Shown piece by piece: positions 13,064 to 24,386 of a stretch of DNA of 64,000 bases (position 1 is the first letter of the stretch; each line of letters begins with the position of its first letter). Below the pieces are notes generated by a model. That model had not been told where the DNA came from. It worked only from the letters and a program-made list of their open reading frames with translations, and did no database searches. Position numbers and translations under genes: made by a program. The DNA is from the human T2T-CHM13v2.0 reference genome, Homo sapiens: assembly GCF_009914755.1 (NCBI RefSeq), contig NC_060927.1; one strand, written 5' to 3'.

Positions 13064-14143
13064 TAAGCTCTATGTGTAGTTGCCTGTAAGTTTCATTTGA
13101 TGGGAATTCTTCAGCAATAAATAAAATTAAATATTGTGAATTTGGGATCTTTGTATATGGATCTCTCCTTTGCAGTTTCTGTTTCTTAGCAACAGGTCCC
13201 ACACCCTCTCAATGTGTCAGGTCTCAGCTCAATGCCTTTGGTTTAAGCCACTGCCCAAATACAATAAAGTAGTAGGCCAGAGTGGTAAGGCAGAGCTTCT
13301 TAAATGCTCAAAGCCTAGAGTCTGCATTTTCTTTGATGATGCTTTTAGAGAAAAGTTAACACCTTTGCCAGATAGGGAGTTCAGAACAACAACAAAAGGA
13401 AAGCTCAAGAGCACCCTGATAGAAGAGACTACTCCATTATATTGGTTCTTTTGGGTTTCAGTCTTAGCTAGTGCAGTGCTTCTCCCTTCCTAACCTTTGC
13501 AAACACAAATTTTGATGTAAGGTAGATAACTTTTGCAATTCTTTAGTATGCATTAATTATAAGGTTTAGAAGTCACAGCTTAATGGCCACAGGTAGAAAA
13601 TGTATCTTTTAAAAAGCATTTATGCTTGTAGTGGCCTTTCTCTTTTCAGATGGAGAAACTTGGATTAAAGCTTGTGTCTCTCCTATGGGAACTTGCTGAA
13701 TCCTGGGAAACAAAGGCAGCATTCCAATACTCTAATATTTTTCTCCCATTGAAAATTGAATTTAGGCAGGCACATATTAAAGACTATCAATTGCTTAATA
13801 AACTGCTTCCCTGACTTAGAACAATTATTTTTCCAGCATTGGATGGAAGGATCTTCACTGTCCCCTAGTGCAACTTGAACAAGCTACTTCTACATTTTAG
13901 GGCTTATAACTTTTTTCTTCCTCTTTTGGTATTGTTTTTGTATTTAATTGACATTAGTTTAAATTAAGACAAAATTTAAACTAACGTCAGCAAAAGGATA
14001 TATACGTTATATATATAAAGGTATAAATATATATATGAAAATATAAAAAGCATATATATATATATTAAGGGATGACTGCTGGGATATCTATAGGAAGCAG
14101 GGAATCTTCTAGGATCTTAAGAACTGAAATCAGAAACTTGATG

Positions 14144-14252
14144 TATTCATTCAACAAACTTCTATTGAGAACCTGCTATAGTATGTGCCAAACTCTGAGG
14201 TCAACATGGAGCAAAAACAGTCACTTACTGATTTCCTAAAACTTAAAGTCTG
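14144..14252 (-). mobile_element. L2 3'-end fragment
   Basis: attcattcaacaaacttctattgagaacctgctat...gtgcca...aaaaacagtc. Confidence 0.5.
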
Positions 14253-15528
14253 TATTAATGAGGTTATCTGTTTCCAATTCTTACTACGTCTTCTTAATTG
14301 GTTAGCAGATTCATTTTCTTAGATTTCTTTATGTGGCAGTATACACAATTCCTAACATTTCCTGAGTTACATCCTTTCAATTTCTCAACTTGAAGAAAGG
14401 GTAGTTTTTCTCTGGTCGTTCTATCAAGAAAATCTTGGAGGGAGGCACTCCTGGATTAATCACCTTAGGATGTGAAAATAGTATACTATCAGTAGCCATG
14501 TTTGGGTCTCTCTGTAACAATCTCTCTATAGAGTAAAACTTCTGTCCTTTACTGAGGTTGAGGAGGAGCAATAACCTGTTTTTATCTCTTCCAGCAGCTC
14601 CGCTCCAATTCCTAAAACTCGACCCTCCAATCCTTTGTAGATTTAGCTTTCAGGTCCCTCAAATTGTTTTCTAGCTCCCAAAATGCTGCTGCTGTTGTGC
14701 CTCAATTTCTTTGTCCTTGAGCATGATTCTTTTTTTTAAAAAAGCAGTTTCCTCTCCTTTTATTGCACATTTAGAGATTTATTGCATTTCTTGTACATAT
14801 GTAAACTGATATGTTATCTGTATGTTTCATGTAGGTGTACTTTCTATGAAGCCTCATTTGACTATTGCTCTTCAAAGCACCTACCATTGATGTAGCCTCA
14901 TCTCAATTTTATGCAGTTGCCTTGATGAAATCCCAGTTGGTTAGATATTTACTTAATCAGTGTTGTTCTTGGGATCAACAGCTATGTATTTTTCAGATAT
15001 ACTGATTTGACCGAATTCAGACAGAAGACAATTATTTCCTTATAAGTTGTCAGTTGTCTTGAGAAATCTATTGATAATTTCATGTCGTCATCACTTTTTA
15101 GTCATCTGAATACCTAGACTATTGATTTATAATGGGATTGGCTAGATTCTTCTCTACTTTTTTTGTGTGCCACTAACTTCAGAGGTGGAGAATCTTATCA
15201 CTGAAAGGACCACCTTTCTTCACACAATAAGATGTTATATCTTTTAATATTGGAAAATGTGTCAAAATTTTGACAATGCTAACAAAGATTTTAGTGAGAG
15301 GAAAGAGAAAATATTTTAATTCGTGTTGAAATGCAGCAAGGAAAATTTGAATCCAGGAGTTTGTACTGTCAGACACTGATATATACTGGCAGAGGTTGCC
15401 TTGTATTCCTCGTATTTTCTGAATAAGACATACTTAATTAACTACACTAACAAATACTAAAAATATCAGGTGATGGCTTTAATGACTATCTAACTTCTCT
15501 ACTTCTATTTCTCCGCCATTGCTTAAGG

Positions 15529-15798
15529 TTTTTTTTTGTTTGTTTGTTTGTTTGTTTTTTTTCTCATGGCTCACAGCAGCCTCGACCTCCCTGGACTCAG
15601 GTGATCCTCCCACATTAGATTCCTAAGTAGCTGAGACTACAGGCACACACCACCACTCCTGGCTAATTTTTGTATTTTTTTTTTTTTTTTTTAGAGATGG
15701 AGTTTTTCCACATTGTCCAGTCTGGTCTTGAACTTCTGGGCTCAAGCAATCCACCTGCCTTGGCCTCCCAAAGTGCTAACTAACCACTGCGCCCAGCC
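15529..15798 (-). mobile_element. AluJ-type element with part of the right-arm 3' end and part of the left arm deleted; tail decayed to (TTTG)n
   Basis: catggctcacagcagcctcgacctccctggactcaggtgatcctccc...gggctcaagcaatccacctgccttggcctcccaaagtgct; probable TSD attgctta at 15518 and 15801. Confidence 0.9.
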
Positions 15799-15852
15799 TT
15801 ATTGCTTAGCTTTTAATTATGCCTATGTCTCATTGTTTACATATTGGAATTA

Positions 15853-15904
15853 TGAGGTTGGTGCAAAAATAATTGCGTTTTTTGTCACAAACTAACAATC
15901 TAAT
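15853..15904. mobile_element. MADE1 (Hsmar1-derived MITE), partly deleted
   Basis: aggttggtgcaaaaataattgcgtttttt is the Hsmar1/MADE1 terminal inverted repeat; the right arm is reduced to caatctaa. Confidence 0.7.
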
Positions 15905-15905
15905 A

Positions 15906-16048
15906 CTTGTGGGCTTTTAAAAAATATTGAGGCTCTGACCCCAATGCAGAAAAAATAAACCTGTATTTCTAAGAATAGCATCTGGACAGTAGTACTTTAT
16001 TAAGCTCTACAGGTGATTATAATATGGAGGCAGGATTGAAAACTACTG
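15906..16048. mobile_element. MER5-family DNA transposon fragment
   Basis: taagctctacaggtgattataatatggaggcaggattgaaaactactg is a MER5-type terminus. Confidence 0.55.
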
Positions 16049-17521
16049 ATCTCTCTTTATGTCATATAGGAACATGAAAATGAATATATATTTCTGCCCC
16101 TTTGATGGTATATTTGGCTTTGACTTTCTGCTGTAACTTAACCTCAGGATCTGTGAGAGACATAGGTTCTAAAAATTATTATTTTGCTTAGAGACCTAAT
16201 GCCAGAGAATCTTAACATTTAAGCATATTGTGTTCTAAAATATGAACAGGATTGTAAATAATTTCATAGTTGTCTAGTACTTAAAATATAAAACCTGTTT
16301 TGGGCTTTCTCTGTAACCAAGCCAGAGATTGCATGGAGTCTTAGTTACTCAAGGCTGGATTATTTTGAATAAATGTATAACCATTCTTTTATTTTCTAGG
16401 TAAGTGCTTTACAATACTATATGTCATATCTTGTATTTTTCTCTCTACTATACTGATTTCGGCTTCTCCAGATAAGATTATTTTTTCTTATCTAACATAT
16501 GCTGTAGGTTTTTTTGTGAATGTCAGGGCAGTAAAAGTGAGATTGCGGATACTAAGTCATGAAGAGTTGAAGGTTTTGGAATCTGGATCAATTTTGGGGA
16601 GTATTAAACATCATGAAATGTCAAAAAAGATAGAGATCTCTAAAAGAAGGACTTTCTCGATGGAAGCTGTTCTTATGGAATGTTGATTGTTACAGTGATA
16701 GAAGAAACAGAAATCATTTATCCAATATTCAGTTATTTATTTAAAAAATCAATTTGTGCCTATATGTGGCAGACAACATCTTAGACATTTTAAATGGGGA
16801 TCCAGATTGAAAGAGATATGTTAATAAGTATGGAAATATATATGCATTAATTTGTATGTGAAAAATATTTGATTAATGCTGAAGAAGAGATAAGACACGA
16901 TATAATAAAATTTCATATAAGATGGTTTAAAAAAATCTCCTAGGATTCTTAAAGCCAGAATGGTTTCTGTCTTTTCAATATTATCTGGGTCCCCAAGATG
17001 ATTAAAAAATGGGTAGAAAGAGAATGGCTCTGGCAATTACTTAGTCTTTGAATTCCTAAGAATCACTGTTCTTTAACCTTTGCTTTTGAATCCTCCAGTA
17101 ACTTCCACTTTTGAATTGCTCCTAAATCCTAAACTTTGCCTTGTTTTTCCTGGTTGAAACTGTTTCTTTCACTACTAATTTTCCACATTTCTTGGATGAT
17201 TCAAGCCTTTTTTTTTTTTTTTTTTTTTTTGGTGCGGATCATAAGTCGAAGACCAGGAGTGATATCTTTGTATGTTATGATCAATTCTGAAATCATTGTG
17301 AAATGATTTTTATCTCTATTGACCTTATGATTCTTGTAACCCTTCAGCTACTGCAGTAATTTCTACGGATTTTGAAGCCATTTCATAATTTTACTTCAGA
17401 AGCAGCTTGCTCAGTATTTTCACAAATGATTATTTATATAGAAAACTAATAAAAGATAGAAATTTAATTGTTATATAATATTATTATGCTGTAGATTAAT
17501 ATTAGAATTATTCTTTAAGAA

Positions 17522-17733
17522 AGTAGTTCTCAGCCAGGAGAAATTTTGCCCCACAGGGCATATTTGGCAATGTGTGGAGACATTTTTTTTATTGTCATGA
17601 CTAGGAAGTGCTACTGGCATCTAGTGTGTAGAGGGCAGGGATGCTGTTAAATATTCTATAATGCATCGGACAGCCTAAAACAAAGAATTATTTCCAGTCT
17701 GAAATATCAATAGTGCTGTACTTGATAAACCTC
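17522..17733 (+). mobile_element. MER20 DNA transposon
   Basis: agtagttctcagcc...ttttgccccacagggcatatttggcaatgtgtggagacatttt...gtgctactggcatctagtg...aacaaagaattat...tcaatagtgct. Confidence 0.9.
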
Positions 17734-18899
17734 ATCTGAAAATAATTCCAAGAACAAAACCATATTGTTGAATTTTTAATGTCTGCTTGAAAGTCATGGT
17801 ACTATAATTTTTATCTAGGGAAAAGATAATTTAAAAGCATTTATGCTTTGGGTCTTCTTTCCTTTACACATTAATGTATTCCTTCTAAAGCTCTAAATTG
17901 AGTCGGTTAAGTGATTTTCCTTCTAAAATGTTCAGCTACCTATAACCACTAGTGCTTTCTCTTAAGTGCAAGTGCAAGCTGTCTTGTTAGCAAGTTATGC
18001 CAGAATCAGTTATTAAGAAAATGAATACCCTGTAGATAAAATATGTTCCCATTTCAAAATAAATTACTCATTTAAGGGATACTGCAGCAATTTAAAAAAT
18101 ATGTTTTTTTGGCACAAATCAAAATTCTATTTCTATGTTCACCATATAGTTTCACATCTAATATCTAAGCTTGATTGCTGGATTTGTAAAGGAATGTCAA
18201 TGAATGTGAATACACATGCTCTCTAGAGTGCTAAATGTTAAAGTTGATATATATGTATCTGCATTTTACATAGAATTTACAACATATTGCTTCTAGATTT
18301 TACTGGTACCTAACATAATGCCTTTCAAGGAATATTGTGATATTGTGAGATGATATACTTAGCCATGTCTGTATTTTTGTAAGGAAAATATTTTGTTGTT
18401 GAATATATTAATATACATATTATGATTATATGTCATATAGCATTCATTTCTAGTCATAAAAATAATAAAAGAAAGCAAAGACATTTCTTCTAGAAGACTT
18501 TTCTGATTCCTCCAGTCTTGAGTACATTCATAGCATCCCAGGTATGTCACTATTAATCTACTACTAGATTGTTTCAATATGTCTATGTGCTATCTCCTGC
18601 AAATGACTAGAAATTTTTATTTCGACCCTGGATCTGTCACACTGCCTGGCATAAAGTAAAACATTCATGTTTTACTTGATGTTTTAATGTGATAGTTTCT
18701 GAAACAGAGGTAAGTTCCATGTTAATGGCAAACCCAGTTTGTTGTTCTGCTTGTTATTTTTTAAAAGTCAGTCTTGTTCCAGAGCTATGTAAAGATTTCA
18801 TCATATGAATTGGAGATGTACATTTTGCTTATCTATATTTATCTTTTCTCTGTATTCCAAAAAGCATCCCATTTTTGATCAGATAGCCATGCATCTTCC

Positions 18900-19780
18900 C
18901 ACAGCCCACATGACTCAAATGAAATGGCCACTTTTGTAGTTACAGGGCCTGTGTAGTTTAGGAGGTCAGTATTGGGAAATCCATCCTCCTTTCCAGAAAA
19001 TGGTTTAGGAATTCATAATTAAACTCCCAGCACTTGGGATTTGGGGGAACTAATTGTTAATAAGCAGAAATATCCCCCACTGTTGGGAGACAGGATATTT
19101 TATTTGTCTTCTTCACTGTACATGAACAAGCAGTCTGCTGCTTCAGTAGCTGCTGGCAGCCATGTTGCTGCTTTTCATGTGCGTTCGTGTGAAGAGACCA
19201 CCAAACAGGCTTTGTGTGAGCAACATGGCTGTTTATTTCACCTGGGTGCAGGTGAGTCCGAAAAGAGAGTCAGCGAAGGGAGATAGGGGTGGGGCCGTTT
19301 TATAGGATTTGGGAAGGTAATGGAAAATTACAGTCAAAGGGGGTTGTTTTCTGGTGGGCAGGGGCGGGGGTCACAAGTTGCTCAGAGGGGGAGCATCTGA
19401 GCCAGGAGAAGGAAATTCACAGGGTTAATCACTCAGTTAAGGTGGGGCAGGAACAAATCACAATGGTGGAATGTCATCAGTTAAGGCGGGGCAGGGCCTT
19501 TTCACTTCTTTTGTGATTTTTCACTTACTTAAGGCCATCTGGGCGTATACGTGCAAGTCACAGGGGATGCAATGGCTTGGCTTGGGCTCAGAGGGCTGAC
19601 ACTGTTATGGAGAAAGTCTAATCAACACAGAGAAGGGGAGAGCTGAGGCAGCAGCAGAGGGGCAGAGCTGGATCTGTGACTATCTCACCTGGAGCTTATC
19701 CTACTTTTTGATTTAGGTTATGTGAGAAAGCGTCTTTCTATATTTTGTAAGTTTTTTATTACTTGTAGCCTAAGTAACAC
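18900..19780 (+). mobile_element. Ancient MaLR LTR (MLT1J/K-like), split by LTR7
   Basis: agctgctggcagccatgttgc before the LTR7; caacacagagaaggggagagctgagg...gttatgtgag...ttttttattacttgtagcc after it. Confidence 0.45.
19173..19601 (-). mobile_element. HERV-H solo LTR (LTR7 family; LTR7Y/LTR7B-like U3)
   Basis: Minus strand reads tgtcagccctctgagcccaagccaagccattgcatcccctgtgacttgcacgtatacgcccagatggcc...cctataaaacggccccacccc...gaaataaacagcc...ggtctcttcacacgaacgcacatgaaa; 5-bp TSD ctgct (19168-19172) / ctgtt (19602-19606). Confidence 0.95.
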
Positions 19781-20145
19781 AATGTTAGAAATTCCCAGTC
19801 CCCTCCTTTTATTAAAAAAAATTCGTGTCTGTTGACTTTTTTCTATAATTCAGGCTATAATCACCCATCATTCAGCCACACACATTCACCACACACATTC
19901 AGCTATTTTCTCTTCTCTCTACTCTGTCTTTCTGCACCTCAAAATTTCTGTGCATTTCTTTTCTTTTATCCTGAGGCCTGCTGACAACTGCTTTTACATT
20001 CTCAACATTCCCCAGGTGAATTAGCAAGACGTCTTTACAACAAATACATTTCCTCTCTAAGAGAAATTCCAGCACTGGCTGTTAAGACATTATAATTTTT
20101 ACATTTTCTCAATCTTTCTGTTGTGACATATTAAAGAATACTAAA

Positions 20146-20625
20146 GGAGGTATAATATAGTGGTTAGCAGCTCAAATCTGTAGTTAGTCTGTTTTCAAAT
20201 TTTGACCTCACTAGTTAGTGACTTGGGCGAGTCATTTAATCTTACTAAACCCCAGTTTCATCATCTAGAACAGCAGTAGGCAAACAATGGCCCATAGACA
20301 AAATCTAGTATACTATCTTTTAAAAAATGTTTATTGTAATACAATCACACTTACTTGGTCATGGATTGCATATGCAGCTTTTGAGCCAAAATAGCAGTTG
20401 AATAGCTGTGGCAAAGACTGACTGTTAGGCTAGCAAAGCCTGAAGTATTTGTTATTTGGCTCTTTCCCAAAAATGTTTGCTAACTCCTGATCTAGAAATT
20501 CGGCTAAATAAAAGTCTCATAGGATTGTTGTCAGGCTTAAATGAGATAATTCACATAGGTAGTTAACATGGCAACTGGAATATATAAACCTGCAATAAAT
20601 GTTAGCTGCCATTGTTTTTAATAAT
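20146..20625 (+). mobile_element. MIR, split by MER58A
   Basis: gtataatatagtggttagcag...gtgacttgggcgagtcatttaatctt...cagtttcatcatct on the left; ctcataggattgttgtcaggcttaaatgagataat...caataaatgttagctg on the right. Confidence 0.75.
20271..20489 (+). mobile_element. MER58A (hAT-Charlie) DNA transposon
   Basis: cagcagtaggcaaacaatggccc...aaagcctgaagtattt...tgtttgctaactcctg; perfect 8-bp TSD atctagaa at 20263-20270 and 20490-20497. Confidence 0.88.
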
Positions 20626-22135
20626 AGTAATGTTCAGGAAAAGATCAGTGTTGGTAGATCAAAAATTATTTGAACCAGTACCCTCACCATATTTTGTGGT
20701 TGAGGAAAATGACTGCCATGAGGACACATGATGTAGTTTTATTGAAAAATATTTATTAGCAAGGGGAAGAAAACAATATTTATTTCTGGAGTCAGTCAGT
20801 CCCCCAGGTGAGGTATAAATATAATTACGAGACTGCATAAATATATTTATACCACCCTGGTGAGACTATGATACTTTAAGTCTTATTTTTCAGCCAGGGG
20901 AAATAAATGTTATTTTAAAAATCATAACTCATTGCTATTGTTAATTCAATAATAACAATTGTGTATGGGGCTGCATTAGGGGAGAGTATATCACTAGTGT
21001 TTGGCCAGACAGCGGAACAATTAATAGAATCCCCATTTCCCCTAAGAGGTTTATTCGTCATGTCAAAGTTACTCTGGTCTGGTGCAACACAGATGGTGTT
21101 GTGACAGCACAAAATGATGAGTGCCACATTGTTCTTTCTAATGATCTTCTTCTGCTCAATTCATCTTGTTTTGCAGCCTTGAATCTCTGCTACATGCCTG
21201 TTTTTAAAATAGGGGACATCCGGTAGAGGAAGTCAAAGAGGATGCTGCTTCTTTTGCTATTTTTCTGATTGTTAAGTGGGTCCAGAAAGTACTAAAACAT
21301 ACTATGAATAAGAAAATGAAAAAAAAATCACCAGCTTTATCACATAAATGAAAAAATAGCAAACTTTTCTCAAAAACGGTAGAATATATACTAGTTTTAT
21401 ACAAAATAAATTCTGCTAAACTAGCTTAATTATCTGTATGACATGGTTCTGGGTATGATAATAAAGGAAAACATACATATTAAAATGGACACAGTTAAAT
21501 TATCATTCTCTTTCTTAATCCACTGTTGAAAAGATATACAACAGGTTAGAGAATCAATAAAAGGATCAATAAAAATAGTGTAAATGTCAATAGAGAAAAC
21601 AAGGTAGTTCTTATAATGAGGAATCTCAAATTCAAAAACTGACATTGTAGTAATGTACTATTAAAATATACTTTGATTAAAATGGATGGATATGTCAATT
21701 GAGTTGACTGTTGAGGAGTACATTAAAATTACATTCAAATTTACACTGCTCTGAAATTCATTGTATAACTTTTCACTTTTTTGCACTTCCATAATTTCTT
21801 CTTGTTTAGATGTTGAGGTGAATGCTAAATATTAAGAGAAGTTTCCTTCATCCTGTAAATCTCCAAACAGTGTCCTGGGAATAATAGCTATAAAATATAG
21901 AATAGTTTTCTTCAACTTTTAGAATCTGTGAAACTCTTAACAACATTCAGCATACATGTAAACCATCAATTTTAAATTATTTATGTTTTAAAATGTTTGC
22001 AATATTTTAAATTAGTAATTATACCAATTCCCTATTTGTGAGGAGAATGTCATTTGTAATCTTTCACCAATATATCAATATTAAACTTGGTAAGCGTTAC
22101 TTGAGTTATAAATTATAATCCTCATCCAGCCAAAA

Positions 22136-22413
22136 TTTTTTTCTTTCTTTCTTTTTTTTTTTTTTTAGAGACAAGGTCTTGGTCTCATTTTGACCAGGCA
22201 AGAGTGCAGTGGTGCAATCACAGCTCACTGTAACCTCAAACACCTGGGCTTAAGGTATTCTTCTGTCTCAGCCTCCCGAGTAGCTAGAACTATAGGCACA
22301 TGCCACTATGAGCAGCTAATTAAATTATTTTTTGTAGAGATGAGGTCTTGCAATGCTGGCCAGGCTGGTCTGGCACCCCTGGCCTCAAGTGGTTCTCTTG
22401 CCTTAGTCTTCCA
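22136..22413 (-). mobile_element. AluJ (Jo-like), 5'-truncated
   Basis: T-tail, then agagacaaggtct...gagtgcagtggtgcaatcacagctcactg...tttttgtagagatgaggtcttg; TSD cagccaa at 22127 and 22414. Confidence 0.9.
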
Positions 22414-23764
22414 CAGCCAAGTTTTTAATTCTGTTTTTAACTAAAGCAGAAAATCTTGTCACAATAATACTTTGTAAATGGCTTTAATTGTGTATCATTC
22501 TGGATATTTGAATCAAACTTCCTTCTAAGTCAATGAGGCAGTTTGTTCCAGACTCCAGATTCATTAATTCCTGATTCACTTTTTACTTTCAACTCTGAAA
22601 TGTCTGTTCTATTGCAGCATTTTGATGTTGTTTGTAAATCTGTCCAATGATATATATTTTTAAACCTATTTTTTTCTCCAGAAGTGAGAAAACATTACAA
22701 TGCTAGGAAAAACTCTCAGTAATCTCATATTAATACTTTTGTTGTACTTTTGTCTTCAATGATTAAAATTAGAATTTTTTGGTGCTGAAATGATGGCTTT
22801 AGGCTCTGCAAGATACTAAATGTGTTCCTGAGATGTTCCACTAAAACAAGCTTCATGTGATCATTCAAATGGTCTTTTCTGGCAACGCTAGTGTCATAAA
22901 GTAATGTTTTTCATCTCACTTCCTATTTTAATTTGGTGAGTACCTTCTCCTTTTACTGACAACATACTTCACTGTGAAAAACTAGTCACCCATTTATTGC
23001 CAATTTTTTCACCAACACGCTGAAAGATGTATATATTCACTAGATGAAATGTGATTGCAATGAAAGATTTCACCATGTTCTTCAATACTGAATCAATAAT
23101 ATAGATGTATATTATTGACTACCAACTGAACTCTAGATACGACAATGTGCAGGATTGGCATGCAGGTATAACCTGTTCTTATGTTTTATTTACTTGTTTT
23201 CATTGTAGAGTGGTGTTTGTCCTTGTTAGACACAGAAGTGCTGTTCTGTTAAGATTAATTTCAGTACATGTTTTCTAGTGTACACTACAAAAGAAAAATA
23301 TTACCCCCGTAGCACATTTTTCAATAATAAACCACACAAAAAGACATCATGCACTTCTCCCTTCCACTGCACATAGCAAAACGCTTATTCATATGCTTGC
23401 ATATGCGTGGTCTTGTCTACTGAAAAATGAAATATGTTCATCACGTTTTAGTAATTGCTCTTCCACATTATATGTCATAGATATGTGTGTGCAAATTCTG
23501 GGTTGTGCCTTAAAAGAAGGCATTCCCTTCTCTTTGTCTGGGAAATGTTGAGAATAAGAACAGATTTCATGGGCCTAGAGATAAAATGGTGTGCTGGGGA
23601 GGGTAGAGGCCTCTTTCTAGCCTTGAATTATATGTGACTGAGAAATAAACTTTGATCTTCTTAATCAATTTTATTTATTTATCTGTGTTACAGGAGCTAA
23701 GTTGAGCTCTAATATAAACTAATCTCCTAAGTTAGAAAAAGATTACATCTATGTTAATAAATCT

Positions 23765-23965
23765 GGTTGTATCTACATCTATAGTTATTAGATAAACTGC
23801 TTAATATTTCTGAGCTTCAGCTTTTGAATCTGTAAAACACAGATGATAACACCTACCCTACATAGTTGTTGTAAGGATTAAATGATAGGAAATATATGAA
23901 GTGCTTTAGCAAAGTTTCTAGTATTATGCATAAATACTCAATAGAGTTTAACTGTTATTATTGAA
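23765..23965 (+). mobile_element. MIR
   Basis: cttaatatttctgagcttcagcttttgaatctgtaaaac...acctaccctacatagttgttgtaaggattaaatga...gaagtgctttagcaaag. Confidence 0.75.
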
Positions 23966-24277
23966 TTTGATATTTTGGTGCTTTGGAATATAAATAAATT
24001 ATTAAATTATTTTTTGTGTGAATAGAAATTATATTTAATTAAGTCCTGTTGCTTTAACTCACTTGATGTTGGGATACATTAGCCTGATTCTAGATCTGTC
24101 TAGTAGATACATCACCAGCCAGACAACTCATTCTTTAGCCAGTGATCATGGTTCCCTTAGCTGATTTCTGGTTTGGATATGTTTTATGCATTAAACAAAA
24201 TAATGGTCGTAAATTGATTGGCATGTTGTAACATGTTGTAAGTCCTTGATAATTGAAGACTACTATTATTTGATTTT

Positions 24278-24300
24278 GTGTGTGTGTGTGTGTGTGTGTG
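24278..24300 (+). repeat. (TG)n microsatellite
   Basis: About 11 TG units. Confidence 0.95.
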
Positions 24301-24386
24301 CTGTTAGCTGTTACATATTCTTCAATTAATGGTAAGGAAAAAGTGATTCAAAAATTTAAAGTGATTTCTTTAAAGTTCTTCCTCTA

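Noticed and set aside
12710-13202. 118-aa F/S/L-rich and 138-aa K/E/R-rich ORFs
   Set aside because: Translations of the (TTTC)n tract on either strand; low-complexity artefacts
17195-17385. T-run of over 20 nt followed by CpG-containing sequence, as a possible second retrocopy
   Set aside because: No polyA signal at the expected distance; candidate TSD (ttcaagcctttt vs ttgaagccatttt) too weak
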